Positions 49,486-59,565 of a DNA stretch of 64,000 nucleotides are shown here, piece after piece. The stretch spans positions 1 through 64,000 of the forward strand of contig JAMOPY010000001.1 of assembly GCA_027064305.1 (NCBI GenBank), in the 5' to 3' direction. Under the pieces are notes generated by a model, which saw nothing but the letters and a program-made list of their open reading frames with translations, was not told where the DNA came from and did no database searches. The stretch's first letter is position 1; each line of letters begins with the position of its first letter. Source of the DNA: Methanobacteriota archaeon. Lineage in GTDB: Archaea; JAADCQ01; Methanopyri; Methanopyrales; Methanopyraceae. The position numbers were made by a program, and so were the translations under genes.

Positions 49486-50126
49486 GCCCGCCCGACGATC
49501 AGCCTATCTACCTTGTCCCCCGGGAAGACTCCGGACTCCACGACGCCCGGAACGGACGCGAGCTCCCGCTCCAGCTCCCCGGGATCCCACTCCCCCTCCA
49601 CCTCCAGGTCCACGATCGGGTTGCCGTGATCCGACGCGACCGGTCCGTACTTACCCTCGCAGCGCCGCGGCCGCACCCGACCAAACCTCCGTAGCTCCCG
49701 CAGGGTCAGCTCGTAGCAGCCCCGCAGCACCTCCACCGGCACCGGCACCTCCCACAGGTCCTCCACCAGCTTCGACTCGTCCACGATCACCCAGAACTCC
49801 TCCGCCGCGTAGTCGAGCGCCTTCTCCAGCGCGTGGCAGGCGCCCCCACCCTTGATCAGGTTCCGGTCCTCATCCACCGCGTCCGCCCCGTCCACGGCCA
49901 CCGGGATCTCCTCCGGCGGCGTCGCCACGACCTCCAGCCCCAGCTCCCGGCAGACGGACAGCGTCCCCGGGATCGTCGTGAACACCCGGACCCCCGACCG
50001 ACGCTCCGCCAGCTCCCGGAGGAACGCCTCCACCGTCGTCCCCGCGCCCACCGCCACCAGGTCAACGCCCTCGGACTCCAGCGCATCCACCGCCCTCCGC
50101 GCCGCGTCCCGCTTCGCCTCCTCCAA
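49482..50126 (-). CDS. rpiA: Ribose-5-phosphate isomerase A
   Basis: GAGTTV, DGADAVD..LIKGGGAC...EK, SDHGNPIVD, PGVVESGVF. Confidence 0.93.
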   Translation of the reverse strand: MEEAKRDAARRAVDALESEGVDLVAVGAGTTVEAFLRELAERRSGVRVFTTIPGTLSVCRELGLEVVATPPEEIPVAVDGADAVDEDRNLIKGGGACHALEKALDYAAEEFWVIVDESKLVEDLWEVPVPVEVLRGCYELTLRELRRFGRVRPRRCEGKYGPVASDHGNPIVDLEVEGEWDPGELERELASVPGVVESGVFPGDKVDRLIVGRA

Positions 50127-50192
50127 CCCTCGCACCCCTCCCGAAATCATTCTAAGCGCTCGAGGGCGCGCTCGGCACGCGGGTGCGGCCGA

Positions 50193-51842
50193 ATGGGCGA
50201 ACCCCGGGATAAAATCGTGGTCATCGGCGCGGGCCCCAACCGCATCGGTCAGGGGATCGAGTTCGACTACTGCACCGTGCACGCGGTCTGGGCCATCCAG
50301 GAGGAGGGCTACCGGGCCATCATCGTCAACAACAACCCGGAAACCGTCTCCACGGACTACGACACCTCGGACAAGCTCTACTTCGAGCCCCTCACCCTAG
50401 AGGACGTGCTCAACGTCGTCGAGAAGGAGCGCCCCCTGGGCGTGCTCACCCAGTTCGGCGGGCAGACGGCCGTCAACCTCACCGTGCCGCTGGCGGAGCG
50501 CGGCGTCCCGATCCTCGGCACCGACCCGAAGGACGTGGACAAGCTGGAGGACCGGGACAAGTTCTCCAAGCTGCTTAAGCGTCTGGGCATCCCACAGCCC
50601 GAGAGCGGGACGGCCCGGGAGCCGGACGAGGCGGTCGAGATCGCGGAGCAGATCGGGTACCCGGTCCTCGTCCGCCCGTCCTACGTGATCGGCGGCCGGG
50701 CCATGGAGATCGTGTACGACGAGGAGGAGCTGCGCCGGTACATCGAGGAGGCCGCGCGCGTCTCGCCCGAGCACCCGATTCTGATCGACAAGTTCATCGA
50801 GGGCGGGATCGAGTGCGAGATCGACGGGGCGCGCGACGAGGCCGGGCACCTCCTCGTCCCGCAGATCATGGAGCACATTGAGGAGGCGGGCGTGCACTCG
50901 GGCGACTCGGCCTGCGTGGTGCCCCCGCAGACGCTGCCCGAGCACGCGCAGGAGACGATCCTCGAGTACGCGCGCGACATCGCCGAGGCCGCCAGCGTGG
51001 TCGGCCTGATCAACATCCAGTTCGTGTACGACCCGGAGGACGACACCGTCTACGTGATCGAGGCGAACCCGAGGGCGAGCCGCACGGTCCCGTTCATCAG
51101 CAAGGCCACCGGGGCGCCCCTGGCCAAGATCGCCACGAAGGCGATCCTCGGCCGTGAGATCCCGGACATCGTGGAGGAGATGGGGCTGGAGTACCCGGGC
51201 GACGCCCGGACCTTCGACCTCGACGTCGTCGCCGTGAAGGAGGCCGTCTTCTCCTTCGAGAAGTGGCCGGGCGTGGACCCGGTTCTCGGCCCGGAGATGA
51301 AGTCGACGGGCGAGGTGATGGGCATCGACCGCACCTTCGGCGCGGCCTACTGGAAGGCCCAGCTGGCCGCCGGCCACGAGCTACCGCTGGAGGGAACGGT
51401 CGTACTCTCCGTCGCCGATCGGGACAAGCCGGAGATCGTGCCCGTGGCCCGGAAGCTCAAGGAGCTCGGGTTCGACCTGCTCGCTACCCGCGGGACGGCC
51501 CGGTTCCTGCGGAACCACGGGATCGAGTGCGGGATCGTGAAGAAGGTCTCCGAGGGGCACCCGAACGTCGTCGACCTGATCCGCGAGGGTGAGGTCGACC
51601 TCGTGATCAACACGCCCACCCGGGGCAAGGACGCGCGCCGCGACGGCTACGCGATCCGGCGCGCCGCGGTCAAGTTTAAGGTCCCGTACATCACCACCGT
51701 CGCCGCCGCCAGGGCCGCCGCCGAGGCGATCGAGATGGTCAAGGAGAAGGGCGTCGCCGTGAACTGCCTGCACGACCTGCACGACGGGACCTGGACCCCG
51801 AAGCGCGTCAGCCCGGAGGAGCTCCGGGGGGCCTCCAATTGA
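50193..51842 (+). CDS. carB: Carbamoyl-phosphate synthase large subunit, C-terminal half (split CarB)
   Basis: Begins at GAGPNRIGQGIEFDYC; one ATP-grasp domain plus MGS domain. Confidence 0.93.
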   Translation: MGEPRDKIVVIGAGPNRIGQGIEFDYCTVHAVWAIQEEGYRAIIVNNNPETVSTDYDTSDKLYFEPLTLEDVLNVVEKERPLGVLTQFGGQTAVNLTVPLAERGVPILGTDPKDVDKLEDRDKFSKLLKRLGIPQPESGTAREPDEAVEIAEQIGYPVLVRPSYVIGGRAMEIVYDEEELRRYIEEAARVSPEHPILIDKFIEGGIECEIDGARDEAGHLLVPQIMEHIEEAGVHSGDSACVVPPQTLPEHAQETILEYARDIAEAASVVGLINIQFVYDPEDDTVYVIEANPRASRTVPFISKATGAPLAKIATKAILGREIPDIVEEMGLEYPGDARTFDLDVVAVKEAVFSFEKWPGVDPVLGPEMKSTGEVMGIDRTFGAAYWKAQLAAGHELPLEGTVVLSVADRDKPEIVPVARKLKELGFDLLATRGTARFLRNHGIECGIVKKVSEGHPNVVDLIREGEVDLVINTPTRGKDARRDGYAIRRAAVKFKVPYITTVAAARAAAEAIEMVKEKGVAVNCLHDLHDGTWTPKRVSPEELRGASN

Positions 51843-52714
51843 TCGTCCTCTCCACGGCCGAGGGGAACCGGCTCGCCCGCCGGCTGGCCGACGCGCTGGA
51901 CGCGGAGCTCGCCCCGGTGGAGGAGGACCGGTTCCCGGACGGGGAGCAGATCGTTCGGGTGCCGCCGGAGCTGGAGGGGACGGCGATCCTGGTCCACTCG
52001 ATGGTACCGCCCCAGGACGAGAACCTGGTCAAGGGCCTCATCGCGCTCGACGCCGCCCGCGAGAACGGGGCCGACCGCGTCATCGCCGTGATCCCCTACG
52101 TGGCCTACTCCCGACAGGACCGGCGCTTCGAGCCGGGCGAGCCCGTGTCCTTCCGCGCCGTGGCCCGCGCGATCTCCGCCAACGCCGACGCGTTCGTGAC
52201 CGTGGACCTGCACGAGCCCCGCACGCTCGAGTTCTTCGACGTGCCCGCCGAGAACGTGACCGCGGCCGAGGAGATCGGGAGGTACCTGCGGGAGCGGTTC
52301 GAGGGCGAGGAACTCGCGGTCATCGCCCCGGACGAGGGCGCCCGGGAGCTGGCGGAGCGCGTCGCCTCCGTCTGCGACGCGGAGCACGATCACCTGGAGA
52401 AGGAGCGGATCAGCGGCGAGGAGGTGCGCATCCACCCCAAGGAGCTGGACGTGGAGGGGCGGACGGTGGTGCTCGTGGACGACATGATCGACACGGGTGG
52501 AACCATGATCGAGGCCGCCAGGGCGCTGCGGGAGCAGGGGGCCGGGGAGCTCTACGCCGCCTGCACGCACGCGCTGCTCACCCGGAACGCGGCGTCCCGG
52601 CTGCTGGCGGCCGGCTTCCGGGACATCATCGCCACGGACACGGTCCCCACGCCGTACGAGCGGGTCAGCGCCGCGAGCCCGGTCGCGGAGGCGCTCCGCC
52701 GCCTGACGGGGTAA
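51839..52714 (+). CDS. prs: Ribose-phosphate pyrophosphokinase
   Basis: FPDGE, PYVAYSRQDR, APDEGA, VDDMIDTGGT. Confidence 0.94.
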   Translation: MIVLSTAEGNRLARRLADALDAELAPVEEDRFPDGEQIVRVPPELEGTAILVHSMVPPQDENLVKGLIALDAARENGADRVIAVIPYVAYSRQDRRFEPGEPVSFRAVARAISANADAFVTVDLHEPRTLEFFDVPAENVTAAEEIGRYLRERFEGEELAVIAPDEGARELAERVASVCDAEHDHLEKERISGEEVRIHPKELDVEGRTVVLVDDMIDTGGTMIEAARALREQGAGELYAACTHALLTRNAASRLLAAGFRDIIATDTVPTPYERVSAASPVAEALRRLTG

Positions 52715-52754
52715 ACCTTTAAAGCCTCCGTGGGGCCACCCGGGGACGGAGGAC

Positions 52755-52845
52755 GCCGGGGCGGCCGAGCCCGGTCCAAGGCGCGGGACTGCTAATCCCG
52801 TGGCCCGTATGGGCCGCCCGGGTTCAAATCCCGGCCCCGGCGCCA
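52755..52845 (+). tRNA. tRNA-Ser(GCT), C8, long variable arm, encoded CCA
   Basis: GCCGGGG-C-GGCCGAG...CGGGA-CTGCTAA-TCCCG, variable arm, TTCAAAT, CCCCGGC-GCCA; upstream TTTAAA box near 52718. Confidence 0.95.
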
Positions 52846-52849
52846 CCCG

Positions 52850-52876
52850 GGATCGTTATGACAGACATAACGTTTG
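52850..52876. promoter_or_regulatory. Recurrent palindrome (core CGTTATGA-CAG-ACATAACG) after tRNA-Ser
   Basis: Same motif and position as after tRNA-Glu and tRNA-Arg. Confidence 0.6.
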
Positions 52877-52892
52877 GGCGGGGGTGCCCCCG

Positions 52893-53156
52893 ATGGCCCT
52901 CAAGGTGGGTGACTACGCCCGCTACGTCCGGACGGGCACCGTGGGCAAGATCGTCGACGTGAAGGAGGAGGGCGGACGACGCTGGTACAAGCTCGACTCC
53001 ACGGGACTGTACTACCGGGAGGACCAGCTGGAGCGCGCGGAGCGGGTGAAGCGTAAGGAGCGCCGGGAGGACGTGCAGGACGTTCTAAAGAAGATCAAGG
53101 AGCTCGAGGAGGCGTTCAGCGAGGCGACGGGCGACCACGTCTGCGAGGGCGGTTAA
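52893..53156 (+). CDS. DUF2098-like methanogen protein
   Basis: GDYARYVRTGTVGKI...LDSTGLYY, C-terminal CEGG. Confidence 0.75.
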   Translation: MALKVGDYARYVRTGTVGKIVDVKEEGGRRWYKLDSTGLYYREDQLERAERVKRKERREDVQDVLKKIKELEEAFSEATGDHVCEGG

Positions 53157-53410
53157 CCGCCCCGCTCCTGCCGGAACCTGATCTTCTCCTCGTCCGCCAG
53201 GATGTACTTGCCCACGGCCAGCACGGAGCTCCACGGCACCTCCACGAACCCACGCCTGCCGGACCTCTTCTTCAAGTACTCCTTCGAGGGCTCGACCAGC
53301 AGCGCCCGGATGCACTTGTCCTTCCACGCCAGCTCCACCTCCATTACCACCCCCAGATCGTTCCCCTTGTTCGTGATCACATGCTTCCGGATGAGCTCAG
53401 AGACCCTCAT
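53153..53410 (-). CDS. PRC-barrel domain protein
   Basis: VSELI.K.V.T.KG..LG.V...VPWSSV.AVGKYIL. Confidence 0.8.
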   Translation of the reverse strand: MRVSELIRKHVITNKGNDLGVVMEVELAWKDKCIRALLVEPSKEYLKKRSGRRGFVEVPWSSVLAVGKYILADEEKIRFRQERGG

Positions 53411-54050
53411 CTCCCGCTTCCTGTTCGTCAAGACCGAGGAACCCCCGCACGCGGTTTAGGTCGTGAACGGTGTTAACGTTGCACGCGAGCCTGGGATCGT
53501 CGATCAGCACGCGATCCTCCGGGGTCTCCCGGACGCCACCCACCACATTGATCCCGGCCGGGACGGCCGGCACCCCTCCCACCCGGTCCGGGAACCGGCC
53601 CCAAAGGCTGAGCCCCAGCCGCACGACCCGTCGCACCGGAACCCAAACGGACATGGACGGGCGCGGGAGCGACGCCCACAGCCGCACGATCCGCTCGACG
53701 AGCCCGGGCGTCAGGGCGGGCAGGTCCGACCCGACCGTCAGCGCGGGCGTCCCGGTCCGATCGAGCGCCTCGCGCAGGTCGCGCACGTACCCGCGACCGG
53801 GGGTGAGCACGACCCTGACCCCCAGCTCCTCCGCGATCCTCCTCGTGACCCGGTGCCCGGGCGTGGTGACCACGTACACCTCGGATACGAGCCGACACCC
53901 GTCGAGCGCCCGGAGGACGCGGGCCAGCAGCGGCTCCCCACCCAACCGCACCGCCGGCTTTTCAACCCCGCCCATCCGACGGGCTCGTCCCCCGGCCATC
54001 ACCAGGGCAGGCAGCTGAGGGGGATCCCACTCAACGCCCGTGCGAGCCAT
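53397..54050 (-). CDS. cobY: Adenosylcobinamide-phosphate guanylyltransferase
   Basis: [42 protein letters not shown]; start uncertain. Confidence 0.85.
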   Translation of the reverse strand: MARTGVEWDPPQLPALVMAGGRARRMGGVEKPAVRLGGEPLLARVLRALDGCRLVSEVYVVTTPGHRVTRRIAEELGVRVVLTPGRGYVRDLREALDRTGTPALTVGSDLPALTPGLVERIVRLWASLPRPSMSVWVPVRRVVRLGLSLWGRFPDRVGGVPAVPAGINVVGGVRETPEDRVLIDDPRLACNVNTVHDLNRVRGFLGLDEQEAGDEGL

Positions 54051-54706
54051 ACCGCGGCACCCAGCACGTCCCCGTTCACGCCTCCGACCACCCGCTCCGC
54101 CAGCAGCAGGGAGAGCCACGAGGACGCGAGCGCGCACAGCGCGCAGACCAGCGTCGCCTCGGGCGAGTAGGGCAGGGAGAGGAGGATGGACACGACGCCG
54201 CCGAGCAGCACCTGGTCCGCGTCCACGTGCTCCGTGAAGACCCGCCCGGAGACGCTGTACCTCGGGGGTTCGCCCGCCGCGGCCAGGGGCAGCGCCGCGT
54301 ACCGGGACCACACCTCCAGCGGCACCAGCGCGTAGAACGGGATCGAGGAGAGGCACGCCGACAGCGTGATCAGGGCCAGCGCGCCTGCGGCCAGCCCGCC
54401 CACCCCGACGCGCGCGTCCTTCATCGCCCGCTCCGGATCCCCGCCGGCCATCCAGGCCAGGATCGCGTCCCCGAGGTCGACCAGGCCGTCCAGGTGCTGC
54501 GCCCCTTCCAGCAGGACGAGCGCGCCGACCACCGCCGGGCCCACGGCCGGGCTGCTCCGAAGCAGCCAGGCCACCACTCCCGCGATCAGGCCGCTGATCA
54601 GGCCGACGGTCGGTAGCCCCAGCCACGCGCGCCTGCCTACCTCCTCGGGCTCCGGGTGGGGACCGAGCGGGAGCACCGTCAGGAACCGGATCGCGCCCAG
54701 CGGCAT
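53999..54706 (-). CDS. cobS: Adenosylcobinamide-GDP ribazoletransferase
   Basis: [36 protein letters not shown]. Confidence 0.9.
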   Translation of the reverse strand: MPLGAIRFLTVLPLGPHPEPEEVGRRAWLGLPTVGLISGLIAGVVAWLLRSSPAVGPAVVGALVLLEGAQHLDGLVDLGDAILAWMAGGDPERAMKDARVGVGGLAAGALALITLSACLSSIPFYALVPLEVWSRYAALPLAAAGEPPRYSVSGRVFTEHVDADQVLLGGVVSILLSLPYSPEATLVCALCALASSWLSLLLAERVVGGVNGDVLGAAVWLARALSGIPLSCLPW

Positions 54707-54718
54707 CGTCCGAGCCCC

Positions 54719-55789
54719 TCACTCCCGCTTGAACGCCGCGGCCATCGCTCCCCCGATCAGCCCGGCCAGCACGTCGTCGAGCGTGAGCCAGCGCTCGTCC
54801 ACCTTCCTCAGGATCCCGGGCTTCTCCCGATCGTACCGACCGAAGTTAAAGAGCCCCGCGAACCCGCCCAACTCCATCGCCACGAACTGCCCGAGCACCT
54901 CGTCGAAGTAGATCCACCCGGGGTCCTCCTCCACCCCCTCGCACTCCCGCGGTCGGGATCCCAGGCGCAGGAACCGATCCACGATCACGGCCGCGAACAC
55001 CGCCAGGGCCACGTTGGGGTTCCTCAGGGCGCGTTCGAGCTCCTCCCGCACCCGCTCCTCGCACTCCTCCGACCACTCTCCCACGAAGAGCGCCCGGCCC
55101 GCCTCGACGAGATCGTCCAGCGTGATCCCCTCCCGCTCCAGCAGCTCGGCGACCGACGGGGTGGGCGAGTACCCGGCGCGCTCGGCCGCGGTGACCACCG
55201 CCTCCTCCACGGCGCTCATCAGCCGCTCCCCGAGCCCGGTTGCGGGCCCGCAGAACACGTCCCGGTGCTCGCCCGGCGGGCACGCGACGAGGACGGAGTC
55301 CGTGGTCGTGCCGAGGCAGGGCCCCTCGTTCCCCAGCAGCAGCCGGAGGACCGCATGGCACTTGGCCTCCGTCGCCCACGCGAGCGCCTCGACCAGCGAG
55401 CGGCGGGAGAGCGGCCGCCCCACGACGACGATCACGTTCACCGTCCCGGGCCCGCACGACCCGGGCTTAGACCGGGAGCAGTAGGCGTTGCTGAACCCGG
55501 CCGTGGCCAGCGCGAAAACGTCACCCTTTTGAACCGTCGCCGCCCGCCCCACGTCCGCCGCGGTCAGGAAGGCGACGGTTTCTTCCGGATCCAGGTCCAG
55601 CTCCCGCAGCCGCTCTCGCACGTACGACCGCGGGTCCTCGTGCCTCCAGTCCCTCTCCACCCGCAGGTTCGCCACCCACCGGGCCCGACCCGTCCCCCGG
55701 GAGTAGAAGGCACTCGAAACGTACTTCACCGGTTGGTCGAACTCCACCACGACCGCGCGCTCGTCCTTCACCACGTGAAAGAACTCCAA
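54719..55789 (-). CDS. cbiS: Bifunctional adenosylcobinamide amidohydrolase / alpha-ribazole phosphatase (CbiZ-CobZ fusion)
   Basis: CbiZ motifs ATAG.SN, GTVN, TEAK, GTTTDS; CobZ motifs [26 protein letters not shown]. Confidence 0.85.
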   Translation of the reverse strand: MEFFHVVKDERAVVVEFDQPVKYVSSAFYSRGTGRARWVANLRVERDWRHEDPRSYVRERLRELDLDPEETVAFLTAADVGRAATVQKGDVFALATAGFSNAYCSRSKPGSCGPGTVNVIVVVGRPLSRRSLVEALAWATEAKCHAVLRLLLGNEGPCLGTTTDSVLVACPPGEHRDVFCGPATGLGERLMSAVEEAVVTAAERAGYSPTPSVAELLEREGITLDDLVEAGRALFVGEWSEECEERVREELERALRNPNVALAVFAAVIVDRFLRLGSRPRECEGVEEDPGWIYFDEVLGQFVAMELGGFAGLFNFGRYDREKPGILRKVDERWLTLDDVLAGLIGGAMAAAFKRE

Positions 55790-55816
55790 CGAGCGAGCCC
55801 CCTGGGGGTTAACCGC

Positions 55817-57262
55817 GTGGCCGAGTCCGAGCGGCCCGAGGACGCCGGCAAGGAGTACACCACCATTTCTGAAATCTCCGGACCGCTGATGGTCGTTGAG
55901 GGCGTCGAGGGGGCCAAGTACGGGGAGGTCGTGGAGGTCGAGCTCCCCACGGGCGAAGTCCGGCACGGCCAGGTCCTGGAGACGCGCGAGGACGCCGCCG
56001 TCGTGCAGGTCTTCGAGGGCACGTCCGGCATCGACGCCACCTCGACCAAGGTCCGGTTCACCGGTGAGACGCTCAAGATCCCGGTCTCCACGGACCTGCT
56101 GGGTCGCATCCTTAACGGTCGTGGAGAACCCATTGACGGCGGCCCCGAGATCGTTCCGGAGGACGAGTTGGACATCCACGGCGCCCCGATCAACCCGGCC
56201 GCGCGCAAGTACCCGAGCGACTTCATCCAGACGGGCATCTCCGCGATCGACGGCATGAACACCCTGGTGCGCGGTCAGAAGCTGCCGATCTTCTCCGGCT
56301 CCGGACTCCCGCACAACGAGCTCGCCGCCCAGATCGCCCGGCAGGCCACCGTGCCCGGCGAGGAGGAGGAGTTCGCGGTCGTCTTCGCCGCGATGGGGAT
56401 CACGCACGAGGAGGCGGCCTTCTTCCGCCGAGAGTTCGAGGAGACCGGCGCCCTGGACCGGGCCGTGCTGATTCTGAACCTCGCGGACGACCCGGCGATG
56501 GAGCGGATCATCACGCCGCGGATCGCCCTGACCATCGCCGAGTACCTGGCCTTCGAGAACGACATGCACGTGCTAGTTATCCTGACGGACATGACGAACT
56601 ACTGCGAGGCCCTGCGTGAGATCTCGGCGGCGCGCGAAGAGGTGCCCGGTCGACGCGGCTACCCGGGCTACATGTACACGGACCTGGCCACCATTTACGA
56701 GCGGGCCGGCTGCATCCGGGGCCGGAAGGGCTCGATCACGCAGATGCCCATCCTGACGATGCCGCACGACGACATCACGCACCCGATCCCGGATCTAACG
56801 GGCTACATCACCGAGGGTCAGATCGTGCTGAGCCGGGACCTGCACCGGCGCGGTATCTACCCGCCGATCGACGTGCTGCCGTCGCTCTCGCGGCTGATGG
56901 ACGAGGGTATCGGTCCCGGCAAGACGCGGGAGGACCACGCGGACCTGGCGAACCAGCTGTACGCGGCTTACGCGGAGGGTCGGGACCTGCGCGACCTGGT
57001 GGCGGTGGTCGGCGAGGAGGCGCTGACGGAGCGCGACCGGAAGTTCCTGAAGTTCGCGGACGAGTTCGAGCAGCGGTTCGTGAAGCAGGGCCGCGACGAG
57101 AACCGGGACATCGAGGAGACGCTGGACCTGGGTTGGGAGCTGCTCGCGATCCTGCCGGAGCGGGAGCTGAAGCGGGTGAGTGAGGAGTACATCAAGAAGT
57201 ACCACCCGAAGTACCGGGAGAAGCGGGAGGAAGAGGAGGGGTTCGAGGGGTCGGAGGAGTAG
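55817..57262 (+). CDS. atpB: A-type ATP synthase subunit B
   Basis: [50 protein letters not shown]. Confidence 0.97.
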   Translation: MAESERPEDAGKEYTTISEISGPLMVVEGVEGAKYGEVVEVELPTGEVRHGQVLETREDAAVVQVFEGTSGIDATSTKVRFTGETLKIPVSTDLLGRILNGRGEPIDGGPEIVPEDELDIHGAPINPAARKYPSDFIQTGISAIDGMNTLVRGQKLPIFSGSGLPHNELAAQIARQATVPGEEEEFAVVFAAMGITHEEAAFFRREFEETGALDRAVLILNLADDPAMERIITPRIALTIAEYLAFENDMHVLVILTDMTNYCEALREISAAREEVPGRRGYPGYMYTDLATIYERAGCIRGRKGSITQMPILTMPHDDITHPIPDLTGYITEGQIVLSRDLHRRGIYPPIDVLPSLSRLMDEGIGPGKTREDHADLANQLYAAYAEGRDLRDLVAVVGEEALTERDRKFLKFADEFEQRFVKQGRDENRDIEETLDLGWELLAILPERELKRVSEEYIKKYHPKYREKREEEEGFEGSEE

Positions 57263-57295
57263 TCCCGGCCCCCTCCCACGCTCCGTTTCCCGGGG

Positions 57296-58006
57296 GTGTT
57301 CCCGGTGACCCAGGAGGAGATCTTGGAGGACGTGAATCCGACGCGGATGGAGCTGCTTAAGCTCAAGGACCGAATTGAGCTGGCCAAAAAGGGCCACAAG
57401 CTGTTGAAGGAGAAGCGCGACGCACTCATCATGGAGTTCTTCGATTTGGTGAAAAAGGCCTCGGAGGTGCGGGAGCGGGCCGTTGAGAGGCTGATGAAGG
57501 CCTACGAGAAGCTCGCGGCGGCGAAGACCACGGTCGGCGCGGCGGGCGTGAGGTGCGCGTCGATGGCCGCGGCGGAGGAGGTGCGGGTCGACGTGGGGTC
57601 CCGCAACGTGATGGGCGTCGTCGTCCCCATCCTGGAGCGGGTGAGCGGGGACGGCGGGGTGCGGCTGGCCTACGGCTTCGCGGACACGTCCGGGGCCCTG
57701 GACGAGGCGGCGCGCGCGTTCCGGGAGGCCCTGGACGCCGTCCTGGAGCTGGCCGAGATCGAGGAGACGCTGCGGCTGATGGCGGAGGAGATCGAGCGGA
57801 CGAAGCGGCGCGTGAACGCGCTGGAGCACATCGTGATCCCGCGGCTGGAGAACACGGAGAAGTACATCGAAATGAAGCTGGACGAGCAGGAGCGTGAGAA
57901 CTTCGTCCGGCTGAAGCGGGTCAAGAGCCTGATCGAGCGGAGGCGCGTGGAGGAGCTCGAGGAGCGGCTGCGCGAGTCCGGGGCCGAGCTGCCGGAGCTG
58001 GAGTAG
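57296..58006 (+). CDS. atpD: A-type ATP synthase subunit D
   Basis: NPTRMELLKLK, GHKLLKEKRDAL, TKRRVNALE, ERENFVRLK. Confidence 0.95.
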   Translation: MFPVTQEEILEDVNPTRMELLKLKDRIELAKKGHKLLKEKRDALIMEFFDLVKKASEVRERAVERLMKAYEKLAAAKTTVGAAGVRCASMAAAEEVRVDVGSRNVMGVVVPILERVSGDGGVRLAYGFADTSGALDEAARAFREALDAVLELAEIEETLRLMAEEIERTKRRVNALEHIVIPRLENTEKYIEMKLDEQERENFVRLKRVKSLIERRRVEELEERLRESGAELPELE

Positions 58007-58018
58007 GGGGATCCGGCG

Positions 58019-58396
58019 TTGGTCTTCGTAACCGTGGCCAAGCGCCGCGTGGCCGAGCGCGTTCGGCGGCAGCGGGAGCCGTACGATTTCAGGACAGATA
58101 CGTTCAAGGGCCAGTTCCGCCCGATCATCTCGGCCGAGGACGTGACCGTGGAGGAGGGTGAGGATCTGGTCATCGAGGTGGAGCCCATCGAGATCCCACC
58201 GCACACGATGGTGCTGTTGTCCCCGTACGCCCGTAACCCCTACGGTCACGTGATCGCCGTCGGCGAGGAGCACCCCAAGATGATGGAGATCGGGCGGAAG
58301 GTGGAGCGGGTTTACTTCGCCGCCGTGAGGCACGGGAGGATCCGGAAGGGCGACGTGCTGGGCGTGCTCATCCTAATCGACCTGAGAGGTGAGTAG
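58019..58396 (+). CDS. DUF22-like protein
   Basis: IEIPPHT...YARNPYGHVI...G.IRKGDVLGVL. Confidence 0.7.
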   Translation: MVFVTVAKRRVAERVRRQREPYDFRTDTFKGQFRPIISAEDVTVEEGEDLVIEVEPIEIPPHTMVLLSPYARNPYGHVIAVGEEHPKMMEIGRKVERVYFAAVRHGRIRKGDVLGVLILIDLRGE

Positions 58397-58398
58397 GG

Positions 58399-58857
58399 TT
58401 GCGCGACCCCTCCCCCTCCTCCCGCGACGCCCTCGATCGAAAGCTGATTCAGGAGATACTGCGGATCAACCGGCACCTGCCGCGCCGCCGGAAGACCCTG
58501 GACGAGCTCCTGCGGGAGGAGCGACCCCACGTCGTCAATCGCGACGGGACCCGGCACTACTTCCGGCGCGAGGAGCTCGAACTGCTCGCCGAGCTGCTGC
58601 CGAAGTACCTGCACGGTCGGCTGAAGCTGCCCATACTCATCGAGCTCGGGTACTCCGGCACGGCCATCGTCCGCGGGAGGGCCGAGGTTCGCGTCGTTTG
58701 CGAGATCCTGGGGGAGGAGTGGAAGTTCGGCCAGGAGCGGGTGGAGTTGAACTACCTGGACGTTCGGAAGGTGCGCCGGAGGCTGCCCACCACGACGCAG
58801 TACATGTTCAGCACGGAACCGCTGAGGCGGGCCGATCGCGTTGCGCGAGAGGGATAA
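58399..58857 (+). CDS. DUF61 (UPF0216) family protein
   Basis: INRHLP..RKTL.ELL.E..P....RDG..HYF, LKLPILIE, RRRLPTTTQY.F. Confidence 0.82.
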   Translation: MRDPSPSSRDALDRKLIQEILRINRHLPRRRKTLDELLREERPHVVNRDGTRHYFRREELELLAELLPKYLHGRLKLPILIELGYSGTAIVRGRAEVRVVCEILGEEWKFGQERVELNYLDVRKVRRRLPTTTQYMFSTEPLRRADRVAREG

Positions 58858-58981
58858 GCGGCGGCTGCTCGCGCTCGTGGTAAGGGTCGCTCCGCTGGCC
58901 GCCACGATTACGCTCGTGGTGGGTTTCCTCGTTCTGATCCTGCTGTTCCTAACCGGGCACGCGAAGCTGCCCGCGCGTTGA
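58841..58981 (+). CDS. Small single-pass membrane protein (46 aa)
   Basis: TTG start overlapping the DUF61 end, GAGGCGG SD; MRERDKRRLLALVVRVAPLAATITLVVGFLVLILLFLTGHAKLPAR*. Confidence 0.55.
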   Translation: MRERDKRRLLALVVRVAPLAATITLVVGFLVLILLFLTGHAKLPAR

Positions 58982-59097
58982 TCGGGTCAGATCCGAACAC
59001 CCCGGATACGGACGGAATGCACCCAAAACCTAAAGAACCCTGATTCCACGGAGGTACCGGACCCTGGCCCGGGAACACCGGATCCGGGGTGATCGTG

Positions 59098-59565
59098 ATG
59101 GCCGTGGAACTACCCAAGGCCGCCATCGAGCGGATCTTCCGGCAGGGTATCGGCGAGAGGAGGCTGAGCCAGGAGGCTAAGGACGTGATCTACGAGTTCG
59201 TCCCGAAGATGGCCCGGTACGCCGCCGACTCCTCCAAGGCCATCCTGGACGCTTCGGGCAAGAAGACGCTCATGGAGGAACACCTGAAGGCGCTGACCCA
59301 GGTCCTGATGGTGGACGGGGCCGAGGAGTACGACGGGGAGCTGTTCGGCCGGGCTACCGTGCGGCGCATCCTCAAGGAGGCGGGCGTCGAGCGGGCGAGC
59401 GCCGACGCCGTGGACCTGTACAACAAGCTGATCTGCCGGATCACCGAGGAGCTGGGCGAGCGGGCCGCCGAGTACGCCGACGAGGACGACCGGAAGACCG
59501 TGCAGCGCGAGGACGTGGAGCGGGCCATCACCTGCATCATGCCGCGCGCCGACGAGTTCCTCTAA
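59098..59565 (+). CDS. Doublet (tandem histone-fold) archaeal histone, HMk-like
   Basis: ELPKAAIERIFR...KKTLMEEH and ELFGRATVRRILK...RKTVQREDV: two histone folds. Confidence 0.92.
   Translation: MAVELPKAAIERIFRQGIGERRLSQEAKDVIYEFVPKMARYAADSSKAILDASGKKTLMEEHLKALTQVLMVDGAEEYDGELFGRATVRRILKEAGVERASADAVDLYNKLICRITEELGERAAEYADEDDRKTVQREDVERAITCIMPRADEFL

Noticed and set aside
50193-51842. Truncated carB as a pseudogene
   Set aside because: Split CarB is known in several methanogens; this ORF is intact with its own start
59098-59565. Doublet histone (and likewise the CbiS fusion) as novelties
   Set aside because: Both are already described for Methanopyrus kandleri
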